NCBI RefSeq assembly: GCF_030684315.1
Contig: NC_081393.1
Location: 16,487,479 to 16,551,478, forward strand
Direction of reading: 5' to 3'
DNA from: Stegostoma tigrinum
Taxonomy: Eukaryota
Length of the DNA stretch: 64,000 nt
The position numbers and the translations under genes are program-made. Shown piece by piece: positions 12,671 through 24,509 of this stretch (within the stretch, counting starts at the first letter, position 1; the number at the start of each line of letters is the position of its first letter). The notes under the pieces are model-generated. The model was not told the origin of the DNA and ran no database searches. It saw nothing but the letters and a program-made list of their open reading frames with translations.

Positions 12671-13837
12671 ACAACACTTGGACAGTATTTCCCACACAAC
12701 ACTGATGAAATTACGGTGATGCAGGGGTTAATGTTGAACCTACTGCATAATCCACCCTAGAAGTATTCCTCAAAATGAAGATTCAGATAGTAAAACCATG
12801 ACAAAGTAAGAACAGACAAATGCCAATGAGGAAGTGTTGCCAATGCTGTAGCAATAACCAGTTCCCTTGGTGCTAAATTCAGATGCTTTCATATGGACAT
12901 GTCAGCTACAACATTTCATAATGGAACAAACTGGATCTTAAAGAAGTGAGCCGAAACTACCTTGGTCTGAAATTTCTACCTCAGTTAACCATATACAATT
13001 TATTACCGACAAAAAAAGCACATTTTGTACAAACTTTTTGTCTTGCATTCAGCAGAACAATTCATAAGAACACATTTCAAAGAGGGTGTGGTGGGGTTTT
13101 GGCAGGGCAGGGAGGGAGTGAGAAAACATTCACACTATGACAGAAGTGCACTGATTACTTACCAAGTGAACACCAGCTGGTACAGGCATTATCATGGGGA
13201 ATGCAGCATCTAATGATGATTGACAGCTAACAGGTTTTGTTTAAATTTTAAACCAGGCAGGTTGACTGATTAGTCAGGGTGTCGTCCTGAGAAATGAACC
13301 AGGAACTGGTTGTCACCTGTGTTGTGGAGTTGAAAGGGTGCAGTATATGTACATGTTCTTTCTAACTGCAACAAAAAAGGTCTGCATATTAATACATGCA
13401 GCTTCCATGTTTCTGTAAATGTCATTCTGCAAAGCGGACTGACAATCTTGGTTGTCAGTTCAGTTTAATCCTTTGCGTACTCAGGATTATACAGCATATA
13501 TTGCCCAAATGCAGAATCGCACCTGATATTGGCAGACTTTGTTGAAAACATTTAAGTACGGGCTGGCTGGATGCAGTCTGTACTTTATTAATAGAGTCAC
13601 ATAGTCACATAGCACATAAACAGACCCTCCATGCCAACCATAATCCCAAACTCAACTAGTCCCACCTGACAGCTCCTGGTCCATATCCCCCCCAAACCTT
13701 TACTCTTCCTGTACTTATGCCTTGGGGGCGTACAGCTTATATAGCTAGCGTCACAACAACATTGAAACTCATATACCACATTACTTCTTTGTGATATGTA
13801 GAATTTCTTTTGGGCTTTACAACAGGATTTATAATAA

Positions 13838-14052
13838 CAGTGCAGAGCTGGAGGAGCACAGCAGGCCAGGCAGCATCAGAAGAGCAGGAAAGGAGGACGT
13901 TTCGAGTCAGGACCCTTCTTCAGAAATGAAGAAGAGTCCCGTTCCTAAATGTCAACTTCCCTGATCTCTGATGCTGCCTGGCCTGCTGTGCTCCTTCAGC
14001 TCCACATTGTTATCTCTGACTCCAGCATCGGCAGTTCTTGCTGTCTCTGAGC
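13838..14052. mobile_element. Palindromic miniature Penelope-terminus element with hammerhead motifs
   Basis: Inverted arms of about 90 bp centred near 13925, then a ~40-nt tail. Flanked by ATTTATAATAA at 13827-13837 and 14053-14063. Confidence 0.8.
13896..13923 (-). ncRNA. Minimal type I hammerhead ribozyme motif (intact core)
   Basis: Minus strand reads CTGAAGA-agggtcctgactc-GAAAC-GTC. Confidence 0.6.
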
Positions 14053-14580
14053 ATTTATAATAATGTCTTTTTCTTAGCAACACAAGTTTGTACTACAGAA
14101 CAATATATTACATACTTAACAAAACATGACCTTTTTTTAAAAAAAATCACACAGTTTAGCACTCAAGGTCATGATGCTGGGACTAAGAGTCCAATTAACT
14201 CCTAACTGAGCTAGCCAGGCAAAGTTCTAGTCTGCACAGGCAGATAATGGTCTGTTCCATGAAGGCAGGCTATAATTGATATATTCATTGTTATATATTT
14301 TCTCTTTGCATTTTCTTCTTTGACTTTGTCATTGATTTGCTATCCTCATCACCATTTGAGGAATATAACGTTCATAGAACAAGGTTTTAAATCTCACCAA
14401 TGCGCTTTAGTCAACTGGAAAGGCATCGGGAACAGTGACCCATTCTCGAGGTGATAAATCCAGATGGCTTTGAATGGACGTGTCAACTACAACATTTCAT
14501 ATTGGAACAAATTGGATCTTAAAGAACTGGCTCCAACTGCCTTGTCTGAAATTTTTAGCTATAGTGCAGGCTAAGTGCCA

Positions 14581-14678
14581 GTTCTGAGAAAGGGTCACCA
14601 GACCTGAAACGTTAACTCTGATCGCTTCTTCACAGATGCTCCCAGACCTGCTGAGCTTTTCCAGCAACTTCTGTCTTT
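14581..14678 (+). mobile_element. Short Penelope-terminus/hammerhead-derived insertion with 10-bp TSD
   Basis: ctgagaaagggtcaccagacctgaaacgtta... flanked by CTAAGTGCCA at 14571-14580 and 14679-14688. Confidence 0.7.
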
Positions 14679-15160
14679 CTAAGTGCCACACACTACTGTC
14701 CCCGATTCTTTTCCTGTCATCAGTAGGAGTTCGATCTAGCCACTAAAATCACCCATATAGATTATGCGGTCATCGTCACACTGTTATTAGTAGAGCCTTG
14801 TTGGGCATTAAGTGGCAGCTGTGATTCCCAAATTATGACAGTAACCACACTTCAAAAGCGCTTCACTGGCTGTAAACACATTTGGATGTTTCTGATGTTG
14901 GGAGAAGTACCTTATAAGTGCAAGTAATTCCTTTGACATGTGGGAGGTACCCATCACAATTGAATCTACCTGCAATCACTCGGTGTCCCGATGCTGCGGG
15001 ACTCTACAGGTGCACAAATTCTGATAATAAAACTTTTTAACAACTCATTCCCTGCCTTTCCATTCTGAATGATTCCTCCCTGTCTACCATCATCATTAAA
15101 TTGCTATAACCCCACTGCCTCACATTCTCCACAACCTTGACAGTGTGTTGTCACACTCAC

Positions 15161-15326
15161 CTTTCACAGAGGAGATATCCAGCTCCATCTTCTCTTCCTT
15201 GGCCAGCACGGCAGGTTTCATCCCCTCATCCTCCACTTCCTCCTTGAACAGCCAGCCTGACTGTGCCAGTGGCAGCTGGACGGGCATGTTTCGGGCATCG
15301 TTTTTTAGACCAGGATCATCAATGAA
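15161..15326 (-). CDS. POLR3D: POLR3D coding exon 5
   Basis: FIDDPGLKNDARNMPVQLPLAQSGWLFKEE..., 166 nt, AG/GTGAGT flanks. Confidence 0.92.
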
Positions 15327-16005
15327 CTACACACAAAGAAACATACTCGATGGATGGGTAACACAAGACAGAAGTTAATGACTACATGAAGGCTCTGAGA
15401 GAAAAGAAATGCAGAACGTAAGGGAGTGAATAGTCAGAGTCTCTGTCTTAGCTCTAGGCTAATATTGGCTTCATATGAAATGCCATTGAAACTAGTCTGG
15501 CCCAAGTTCCCAAGTCTGCTTTATCTGTTCTAAAGTCAGTCGTGGCCCCAGTGTCCAACCCAAGAATAATCGTTATTTCGACATAACTCTGTCCCTTCTG
15601 ACAGGCACCAGTTCTCCTCATGGTATGGAGTCTCTTGTCTAAGCACGAGACTTGATAGCAACTGTAAGGAAGGTATTCTACAAACAGGGCACAAGAGGCG
15701 AACTTAACACTGATCTTCGATTGATGTCTCCATATGCTATGAAGTACCAGCCATGACCCCCTCAATTACTCACTGCCACCTTCTTTATTTAAATGGTAAA
15801 AGGCCTACTGTGATCGAAGAGATTAGTTAACTTTACTCAGTCCCAGAACCAATCATAGGCTTCCTGATTTTCATTCACATCGAGACACTCATTCTTCTTG
15901 AATTAACCTCTTTTCTCAACTCAACCATGTCTGTCATCAGTGTCCAAGCCCCAAATCTAGGGCACTGGGAAACAATGTAAGTGCTCCCCCTAAGCCACTA
16001 CTTAC

Positions 16006-16130
16006 ATCATCACGGTCCAGCATTCGGAGAATCTGTTTGGTTTCCTCTTCTGACTCACGCTTTTCTTTCTTTATATTAATAATTGGGGATGTTCCAAACT
16101 CCTTCATATCCACGGAGGAATCCCAACCAG
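16006..16130 (-). CDS. POLR3D: POLR3D coding exon 4
   Basis: GWDSSVDMKEFGTSPIINIKKEKRESEEETKQILRMLDRDD, 125 nt, AG/GTAAGT flanks. Confidence 0.92.
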
Positions 16131-17482
16131 CTGTGAAGAAAAATGGAGATGTATCAAGATAAATAAATGAAATATATAAAAATAGTTAGCAGGTCATTAC
16201 AAGGAACAGCACAACAACTGGGCAATTGCTAATTATGAACAAACTGACCTGGTTAACACGCTGTCATAATTTAGAACGTACTTAGCACTTGTATTGTTTG
16301 TTGGAGGATGGCTTGGTTGGTGAGCTCCGTTTAGTTCTAAATTATTAAATGATGGTCATTAACTGTTTCTAGCTGCCCTAAATCAGTGGAACAAACGCAA
16401 AGCCCCAGGTGTCATTTTCCTTCAACGTTCTGTCCCTCTCCTTTCCACTGCAGTTTTGGATAGAGGCATGGACACATGCTTCCTTTCTACATCGTGGAGG
16501 CCAACTCAAAGTCACAATTTGGAACAGGATCTCTTAGAAGACTAAAGGAAGAGAAAAGAGGTAAGAGTGACAAAGGAAAGCCAATGCTCAGCACCACTGA
16601 GTGGGAAGGCAACACTTACGTGTGCTGTTACACTGAGCATGAGTGACAGGGAGGAGGAGCAGGATCACAGCTTAGGCATCCAAGAATGGAAGCGAATTAA
16701 GCCGATAGCCAACTGCTGCCTACTAGCAGCGCCAGTCTCGCCTAGCACCAGGCATTTGGAAAAGCCGACGTAGCCTTTTGGCTGCACAGGCATCCAAAAA
16801 GATAAATCAAACCATACATGAAAACAAAACTGAATTAGATGCCCTGCCTCAGAGTAAGCTCACCAAGTCATTCATGAGATACTTGCAACTTTCAGTGAGG
16901 CCCGACAATCCGTAGGAGTCTGCACGTAACAGGTTCTATCTACAAGGGTTGCTCAATTTGATGCCAGTGTCTTTGAATTCCATAATGCCAGATCTAGGGC
17001 ACCCCTGTGTGAACCTGACTTAAACAGATCAGAGCAAACAGCCACTCTCTGTACTGAAATGCAGTGCAACCACAGCATTCTGCAGTGCCAAAGTACACGA
17101 CATGAAGGATTTGGATATTGTACATGAAGAGAAGTCATTTCCGGTGGTTGAAGGGTCAATAACCAGACGGCACCTTAAAGGTGACAGCAATGAACCAGGA
17201 GACACATAACAACATCATCTCATGAAAGAACCAGTTAAGTTTTTGGAAGATCCAGCAGGAAGCCGAAGAGAGAATTAGATTAAATATTTAAAATGTGACA
17301 AATCTACAGAGACATGGAGAAAAAACAAGGGATACCAACTGACTTGACTGCTCTTTAGAAGAGCTAGTGCCCACTCAACAGGCCAAATTGCCTCACTTCC
17401 TGTTATGCACAATTCTAGGAATATAAACTGGAAGAAGCAAGAGAATGTAAAACTTGATAATGGTTTCATTCCAGTGTCTCAC

Positions 17483-17637
17483 CTTTTTTCTTCCTCATTT
17501 CAGCAGGTCCCTGCTCAAAGATAGAGTGGGATTGAATTGTTTCGGGTCTGCCTCTTCCCCTGCCCCGCGCCTCCCTCTGGCGATCCTTGTCTCGTTCTTT
17601 CTTCTCTTTCCTCTGAGAGGCATTGTCCTCCTTTGGT
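17483..17637 (-). CDS. POLR3D: POLR3D coding exon 3
   Basis: ...RGRGRGRPETIQSHSIFEQGPAEMRKKK, 155 nt, AG/GTGAG flanks. Confidence 0.92.
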
Positions 17638-19122
17638 CTGCAAGTAAAGTAAATTTGAGGGTAAAGACATCAAGTGATGCAAATGAGTGCCGTGAAACTC
17701 AAAACCAAGAGCATGTTTTTCACGTGAAAGGAGATTAACATCAGCGAGTAGGTTGACAAGACATTACTGACTACCTTCAGCAGCCTGCAGATCTGGGTGG
17801 TGCACATGCTAGTCTTTCATGTGATACCAACACATGGAGCAGAGGAATTAATAGCAGGAAATCCAGAAACTGTAAAGTAAAATCATGCAACACTCGCCAG
17901 ACTTGATCTGACACAACCTCGTCCAATCATTAATTTCATGCTTCCAAACACGCATGGACCCATTTATAGTACATTGAAAAATTCTGAAATTAACATGCTC
18001 TGAATCTTAGATTTCATCCACCCACACCATTCTCACATCCAGTGGCAGTCCTGTCCCCTGCCAGTATTTAACCCAGTACTAGCCAGCTCCAAGGGGTCTC
18101 TCCATGCTTGACTCAGGAACACGACCACTGGGTTGTTTACGCTCCCTGTGGACATAGCAGCAAATCTGTCACTGCATTGTGCCAAAACAGAAGTTAATCT
18201 ACTGACTGAATTGCAGACACTTAATGCGTATGCATTCACTTTAGAAAATATTGTTGAGGCTGGCTTAGGCACGGCTTTGAGTTTAATATTCAACAGTTAA
18301 TTTGAGTCGAGTTTTGTAATGATCAAGCTAGCAAGGTATTCATATTATATTTGGTTAGTTGCAGTCAACATACACATTATCTTTCAAGTGAGAATGGCCA
18401 CATGGTTTTAATACTGTTTCCATTTTGGAACAAGTATGTATATTTAAGTTCATACATTCTACAGTAATGTGGTGTGGTCTAATAAGATTTGTTGTAAATA
18501 TGCAATGTATTTTCCCCAATAAATATGCAGTGATTTTCTTTTGTTAACTTGGTCCCAGGCAACAGCAGTTATTGCGTCATATTAGTAAAGGGTTCTTTTC
18601 GATATAACGTATTGATGGGATTTGAAACCCCCCCAGAATATTTAGATCAATTAGACCTTGAGGATGACATTACTCATTATGATGTTACATGACACATCCT
18701 TCAAGCAGGTGTCCCTATCTCAGTGGAGATCTATATAAACTCAACAAACAGGGAAAAATGAGGATCCCACAATTTACTGACATTTTCGGGAATCAGTCAC
18801 GAGATAGAAGAAAGTGATATCGTTAAGCAGACCATCGCACTTAACAAACCAACCAGGAATTGGCACACATTGTTAATTCAAACCAAGATCAATTTTGTGC
18901 AGTTCATGTGTTGGCAAGTTTACTAGGATTGTGCCACAGATCATGTAGCATCTTAGCAAGGGTCATGTACAGGAGTAGTGGCTAGTAAAGGTTAACAATC
19001 ATTAATTTTTAACAATCCAGAACATCACAGTCAGACTAGACAGAAAGACTTTCGTCAACAGGAGATGGGCCTGGTCAGCCTGAAGTCAGATGCCCTGCGT
19101 TCCAACACAGACAGACTTATTT

Positions 19123-20255
19123 CAGTGAAGTGTTTGATAAGGTTCCCCATGGGAGGCAATTGCAGAAAATTTGGAGGCATGGGATTGAGGGTGGTTTAGC
19201 TGTTTGGATCAGAAATTGGCTAGCTGGAAGAAGACAGAGGGTGGTGGTTGATGGGAAATGTTCATCCTGGAGTTCAGTTACCAGTGGTGAACAGCAACGA
19301 TCTGTGTTGGGGCTACTGCTGTTTGTCATTTTTATAAATGACCCGGTTGAGGGCGTAAAAGGCTGGGTTAGGAAATTTGCGGAGTTGTAAAGTTGGTGGC
19401 GCTGTAGATATTGCACAACAATGTTAGAGGTTACAGAGGACATAGATAAGTTGCAGAGCTGGGCTGAGAGGTGGCAAATGGAGTTTAATACGGAACAGTG
19501 TGAGGTGATTCACTTTGGAAGGAGTAACAGCAATACAGTGTACTGGGCTAATGGTAAGATTCTTGGTAGTGTGGACAAGCAGAGAGATCTCAGTGTCCAT
19601 GCGCATAGATCCCTAAAAGTTGCCACCCAGGTTGACAGAGTTGTTAATAAGGAGTACGGTGTGTTAGGTTTTATTGGTAGAGGGATTGAGTTTCGGAGGT
19701 CATTCTGCAGCCTGTACAACACTTTAGTGCGGCCGAAGTTGGAGTATTGTGTACAGTTCTGGTCGCCACATTATAGGAAGGATGTGGAAGCATTGGAAAG
19801 GGTGCAGAGGAGATTTGCCAGGATGTTGCCTGGTATGGAGGGAAGGTCTTATGAGGAAAGACTGAGGGACTTGCGGCTGTTTTCGTTAGAGAGAAGGTGG
19901 TTAAGGGGCGACTTAATAGAGACGTACAAGATGATCAGAGGATTAGATAGAGCGAGCCTTTTTCCTCGGATGGTGATGGCTAACACGAGGGGACATAGCT
20001 TTAAATTGAGAGGCGATAGATATAGGACAGATGTCAGAGGTAGATTCTTTACTCAGAGTAGTAAGGGCATGGAATGCACTGCCTGCAACAGTAGTAGACT
20101 CGACAACTTTAAGGGCATTTAAACGGTCGTTGGATAAACATATGGATGATAGTGGAATCGTGTACATTAGATGGGCTTCAGATTGGTTTCACAGGTCAGC
20201 ACAACATCAAGGGCCAAAGGGCCTGTACTGTGCTGTAAGTTTCTATATTCTATGA
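19123..20255 (+). mobile_element. 5'-truncated CR1 (HER1-like) LINE, frameshifted, in a POLR3D intron
   Basis: RT motifs FDKVPH, SVLGLLLFVIFIND, KFA and the CR1 C-terminal LEYCVQFWSPHY...RGHSFKL. Simple-repeat tail ttctatattctatg. Confidence 0.93.
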
Positions 20256-20956
20256 CTGACTGAACCATTGCTTTAATTAAGTATCTTTATTTTGTATTTG
20301 TTGTGACTATTCTATGAAACATGTGAAACAAATCATACACAGAGTGGTCTCGAATCTAATGAGAACTGAAGGCTCTGTTAGATTGCTGCTTTTTCAATTC
20401 AGTCTTATTGCAATAACACCCAATTGTGAGATTTCACTCAAAGTTGTGCATTCCAAACTTACAAGTAGATCTAGGAATGTACAAGATGTTCTCAGGTCTG
20501 CTTGCACAGGTACAGTCAATGCCTAATTTTGTTTTCTCACTAAGGAACCTGATCTGCACCATGTTCTGATTTTAAATATACATTACCTTCAACTCATTTC
20601 AAAAAGTGGAAATGGATCTTTCAGAGAAAGTAACATTGACAATAAATGATGGGAGACTGTCACAGTTTCTGCAGAGTAAAGCAATCACTAGTCCAACAGG
20701 CAAGTCAAGCATACCAGAGGTACCCAGCTCCTCCTAGTGGATATTTTTGCCTTACAATCTGATAAGCTTTTAGCCTCTGATGAGTGACTTGGCAGACAGC
20801 ATGTATTCGGCAAATGGAGGCCATGTGCATTGACCCACAGTTCTGCACTTGTTTCCCTAGCTCTTGTGGATAACTTGCCAGATGAAGCATCTTAATTACC
20901 ACTCAAATTAATTTAAAATCTATGTCACAAATTGCCTGGAGCAAACATATACTCAC

Positions 20957-21000
20957 TCTTCCTTAACCTTCCTGGTGATGATGTTGGGAGTGAATGTTTT
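20957..21000 (-). CDS. POLR3D: POLR3D coding exon 2 (44 nt)
   Basis: KTFTPNIITRKVKE, CAG acceptor and GTGAGT donor, keeps the frame. Confidence 0.9.
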
Positions 21001-21402
21001 CTGCAAAAGAGGACATCATAATGAAACAGTGCTGACAACACAATCCATGTTACAATTTACATGCTGTGATCACTGCAGTGACACTCCGAGTCAGCAGTAC
21101 ACCTACTACCATTCCCCTGCTTTCTCTCCATAACCCTGCACATTCTTTGCTTTTAGAGCACTCTCTTTTGAAAGCCTGAATGGCTTCACACTCTCAGGCA
21201 CATTCCTGATCCTAATCACTCACTACATAAAAACGTTTAATCCTCCCATGGCCTTGGCTGGTTTTGCCACTTCTCTTGCATCTGAGCACTTCAATTCCTA
21301 ACCTACCAACAATGGGAACTGTTTCGCACACACGGCCCTCGCCGCACCCCTCCCACCCCATCTACTTTGTCCAGATTCTGAAAATCTCCAAATGGTACTG
21401 AC

Positions 21403-21567
21403 CTTTTTCATCCCTCCCAGTGTTAGGTCCCGTGAGCGGATGGAGGGCAGGCGGCCTGGGGTAACGGTGGCAGAGCTCCGTCGACCTGGCAGGCCCCTAG
21501 CTACTGTTACAGCGGGCCTGATGGTGCTGGGATGGCCAGCACCTCCACTGGGGCCTTGCTCAGACAT
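21403..21567 (-). CDS. POLR3D: POLR3D first coding exon
   Basis: MSEQGPSGG...TPGRLPSIRSRDLTLGGMKK, 165 nt of CDS. The acceptor at 21582-21583 implies an upstream non-coding exon. Joined CDS is 1173 nt (390 aa plus stop). Confidence 0.92.
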
Positions 21568-22429
21568 CGCTGCTTCGCAATCTGCACGACAAAGAACAAA
21601 TTAGTACCGCGGCAAAAACTGTGCCAGTTGGGGAACAGAGGAGATCTCACAAAACCAGAGCCTTAGAACCTCATCTGAGGGCATACCTGTACAGGAGAAT
21701 CTCCAAGCTTTACCATAACCGTGGGCATATGTATTATCACAAATTTGGCAACCTCTGCAGAGGTTGCTCCAAGCTGGTCAAAGAACCAAAATGCTGCTGT
21801 GATGAATACAGCCAGGATCAAGCTTCTGCCATGGACATCATAAAACAGCAGATCAAAAGCCACTGTGGAATACAGAGTGGCTCACAGAAACACTGCATTT
21901 GGCCCATCAAATCGATGCCAACTCTTTGCAGAAGCACAAAGTGATGTAACGCAAGCAGCCAGGAACAGAGTGCTACAAGAAGCAGACTGTGGTGCTGCCA
22001 TTCTGAGGCAAATATTTTCAATCGACATATTCAGGGGATTGCCTTTTTCTTACATCTGCTGAGACTCCAGCTTCCAACAGCAAGGCAATAGCTGCCATGT
22101 AGCTTCAGCCAGTCTTTCAGTTGTGCTGTCTCACTGAATCTTACAGTACACAGCTCCAAACAACTTTTGTTTTGTTTACTTGATTCAATATTTTGAGACA
22201 CTTGGGGTAAACATTTATACACAACACTCGAGAAACTGAACCCGTCTAAGACAAAGCATCCGACTGGATTTACACCCCAACCACAATCAAAAACTAGGGA
22301 CGACCTTGGCAGAACTAAAAGGGGAGGGAGGTAAAATTAGGCTCGGATGTAAATGTTTTGCGTAGCTGGATGCTTTCCAACATCAAAGAGGATTTCGTGA
22401 TAAGACCAGTCTTTGTGAAGCTTCAACTC

Positions 22430-24350
22430 CCCAGCCCCTCCAAATGGTCTTCCCCATCCCAATTTCCGCCATCCCCCAACACTCCTAACAACTGTCCCCT
22501 CCCTCCTCCTTTCCACCCAACATCCTATAGCTCCCCTTAACTTCCCTTCCCCACCTCTTCCCCAGCTGCTTTCTCTCCTCTCACTACTCCTTCCTAAACC
22601 CCTTCCTTTCCCTCCCCAATCCGTCCTTCCTTCCCTGTCTCCCCCTTCCCCCACCTCCTCTTCCCTTCCGCCCTCCCACAGTCCCCCATCTCTCCTTGCT
22701 CCCCAGCTCCCCTCCAGCCAATCCCCCTCCCTGCATCTCCACTGCCCTGCCAATATCCCCTCCCACCTGCCCCTTGCCAACCTTTCCCCCTCCCCCTCCC
22801 CCTTCCCATCCTTACCCACCTCCCCCTTCCCCAGCACCTCCCTCTTCCCCCATCCTACCCCTTGCCCCCTTCCCAACCTTACCCCCCTCCCACTTCCCCA
22901 GCTCCTCCCTCTTTCTCCGTTCTCCCCGCTTGCCCCTTTCCCCTCACCCCCCTCCTCCTCTGCCCCCCGCTTGCCCCCTCCCACTTGCCCAGCCCCTCCC
23001 TCTTCCCCCCACTTGCCCCCTCCCACTTCCCCAGCTCCTCCCTCTTCCCCCCACTTGCCCCCTCCCACTTCCCCAGCTCCTCCCTCTTCCCCCACTTGCC
23101 CCCTCCCACTTCCCCAGCTCCTCCCTCTTACCCCTGCTTGCCTCCTCCCACTTCCCCAGCTCCTCCCTCTTCCCCCTGCTTGCCTCCTCCCACTTACCCA
23201 GCTCCTCCCTCTTCCCCCCGCTTGCCCCGCTCCTCCCTCTTCCCCCCGCTTGCCCCCTCCCACTTCCCCGCTCCTCCCTCTTCCCCCCACTTGCCCCCTC
23301 CCACTTGCCCCCTCCCACTTCCCCAGCTCCTCCCTCTTCCCCCCGCTTGCCCCCTCCCACTTCCCCGCTCCTCCCTCTTCCCCCACTTGCCCCCTCCCAC
23401 TTCCCCCCTCCCACTTACCCAGCTCCTCCCTCTTCCCCCCGCTTGCCCCCTCCCACTTCCTCCCACTTCCCCGCTCCTCCCTCTTCCCCCACTTGCCCCC
23501 TCCCACTTCCCCCCTCCCACTTACCCAGCTCCTCCCTCTTCCCCCGCTTGCCCCCTCCCACTTACCCAGCTCCTCCCTCTTCCCCCCCGCTTGCCCCCTC
23601 CCACTTACCCAGCTCCTCCCTCTTCCCCCCACTTGCCCCCACCCACTTCCCCAGCCCCTCCCTCTTCCCCCCGCTTGCCCCCTCCCACTTCCCCAGCTCC
23701 TCCCTCTTCCCCCCGCTTGCCCCCACCCACTTCCCCAGCCCCTCCCTCTTCCCCCCGCTTGCCCCCACCCACTTCCCCAGCCCCTCCCTCTTCCCCAGCC
23801 CCTCCCTCTTTCCCCCGCTTGCCCCCTCCCACTTCCCCAGCCCCTCCCTCTTTCCCCCGCTTGCCCCCCCCACTTCCCCAGCCCCTCCCTCTTTCCCCCG
23901 CTTGCCCCCCCTACTTCCCCAGCCCCTCCCTCTTTCCCCCGCTTGCCCCCCCCACTTCCCCAGCCCCACCCTCTTTCCCCCGCTTGCCCCCCCCACTTCC
24001 CCAGCCCCTCCCTCTTTCCCCCGCTTGCCCCCTCCCACTTCCCCAGCTCCTCTTTCTTCCCCCATTTGCCCCCTTCCCCACCTCCTCCCCTCCCCAACCT
24101 TACCCCCCCACTTCCCCAGCTCCTCCCACTTCCCCGTTCTCCCCAGTTGCCCCTCCCCCTCTCCTCCGACTTCCCAACCTCGCCACCCCCCACTTCCCAA
24201 CCTCGCCCCCCCAGCTCCTCCCTCTTCCCTGTCCTCACCTCACCCCCCTCCTCCCTTTCTCCTTTCCCCGCTCCTCCTCTTCCCCCGTTCTTCCCCTCCC
24301 CAACCTTGCCCCTCTCCCATTTTCCCAGCTCCTACCCCTCGTCCCCTACC
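22430..24350. repeat. C-rich (G-rich on minus) tract with a ~42-bp minisatellite core (about 22960-24060)
   Basis: Repeated unit CCCCCGCTTGCCCCCTCCCACTTCCCCAGCTCCTCCCTCTTC and variants. Extreme strand asymmetry explains the long stop-free ORFs. Confidence 0.95.
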
Positions 24351-24401
24351 CTTAGGCACTCTCAGGCCTTACAGCTTCCTGGATCACTGGGCAGCAATTA
24401 T

Positions 24402-24429
24402 CTGATGAAGGGTCTAGGCCCGAAACGTC
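24402..24429 (+). ncRNA. Minimal type I hammerhead ribozyme motif in a solo Penelope terminal fragment (about 24400-24490)
   Basis: CTGATGA-agggtctaggccc-GAAAC-GTC, identical to the core at 62983-63010. Confidence 0.7.
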
Positions 24430-24509
24430 AGCCTTCCTGCTCCTGAGATGCTGCTTGGCCTCCTGTGCTCATCCAGCTTCTCACTTTGTTACCTGATGAA
24501 GGCCTGTAA

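Noticed and set aside
18300-19110. Possible old Penelope fragment or hammerhead near 19040-19100
   Set aside because: No convincing CTGANGA core or protein motif; left unannotated.
22337-24446. Long Pro-rich and Gly-rich ORFs (up to 633 aa) on both strands
   Set aside because: They arise from a 42-bp C-rich minisatellite that lacks stop codons in most frames and lies in the inferred POLR3D intron 1.
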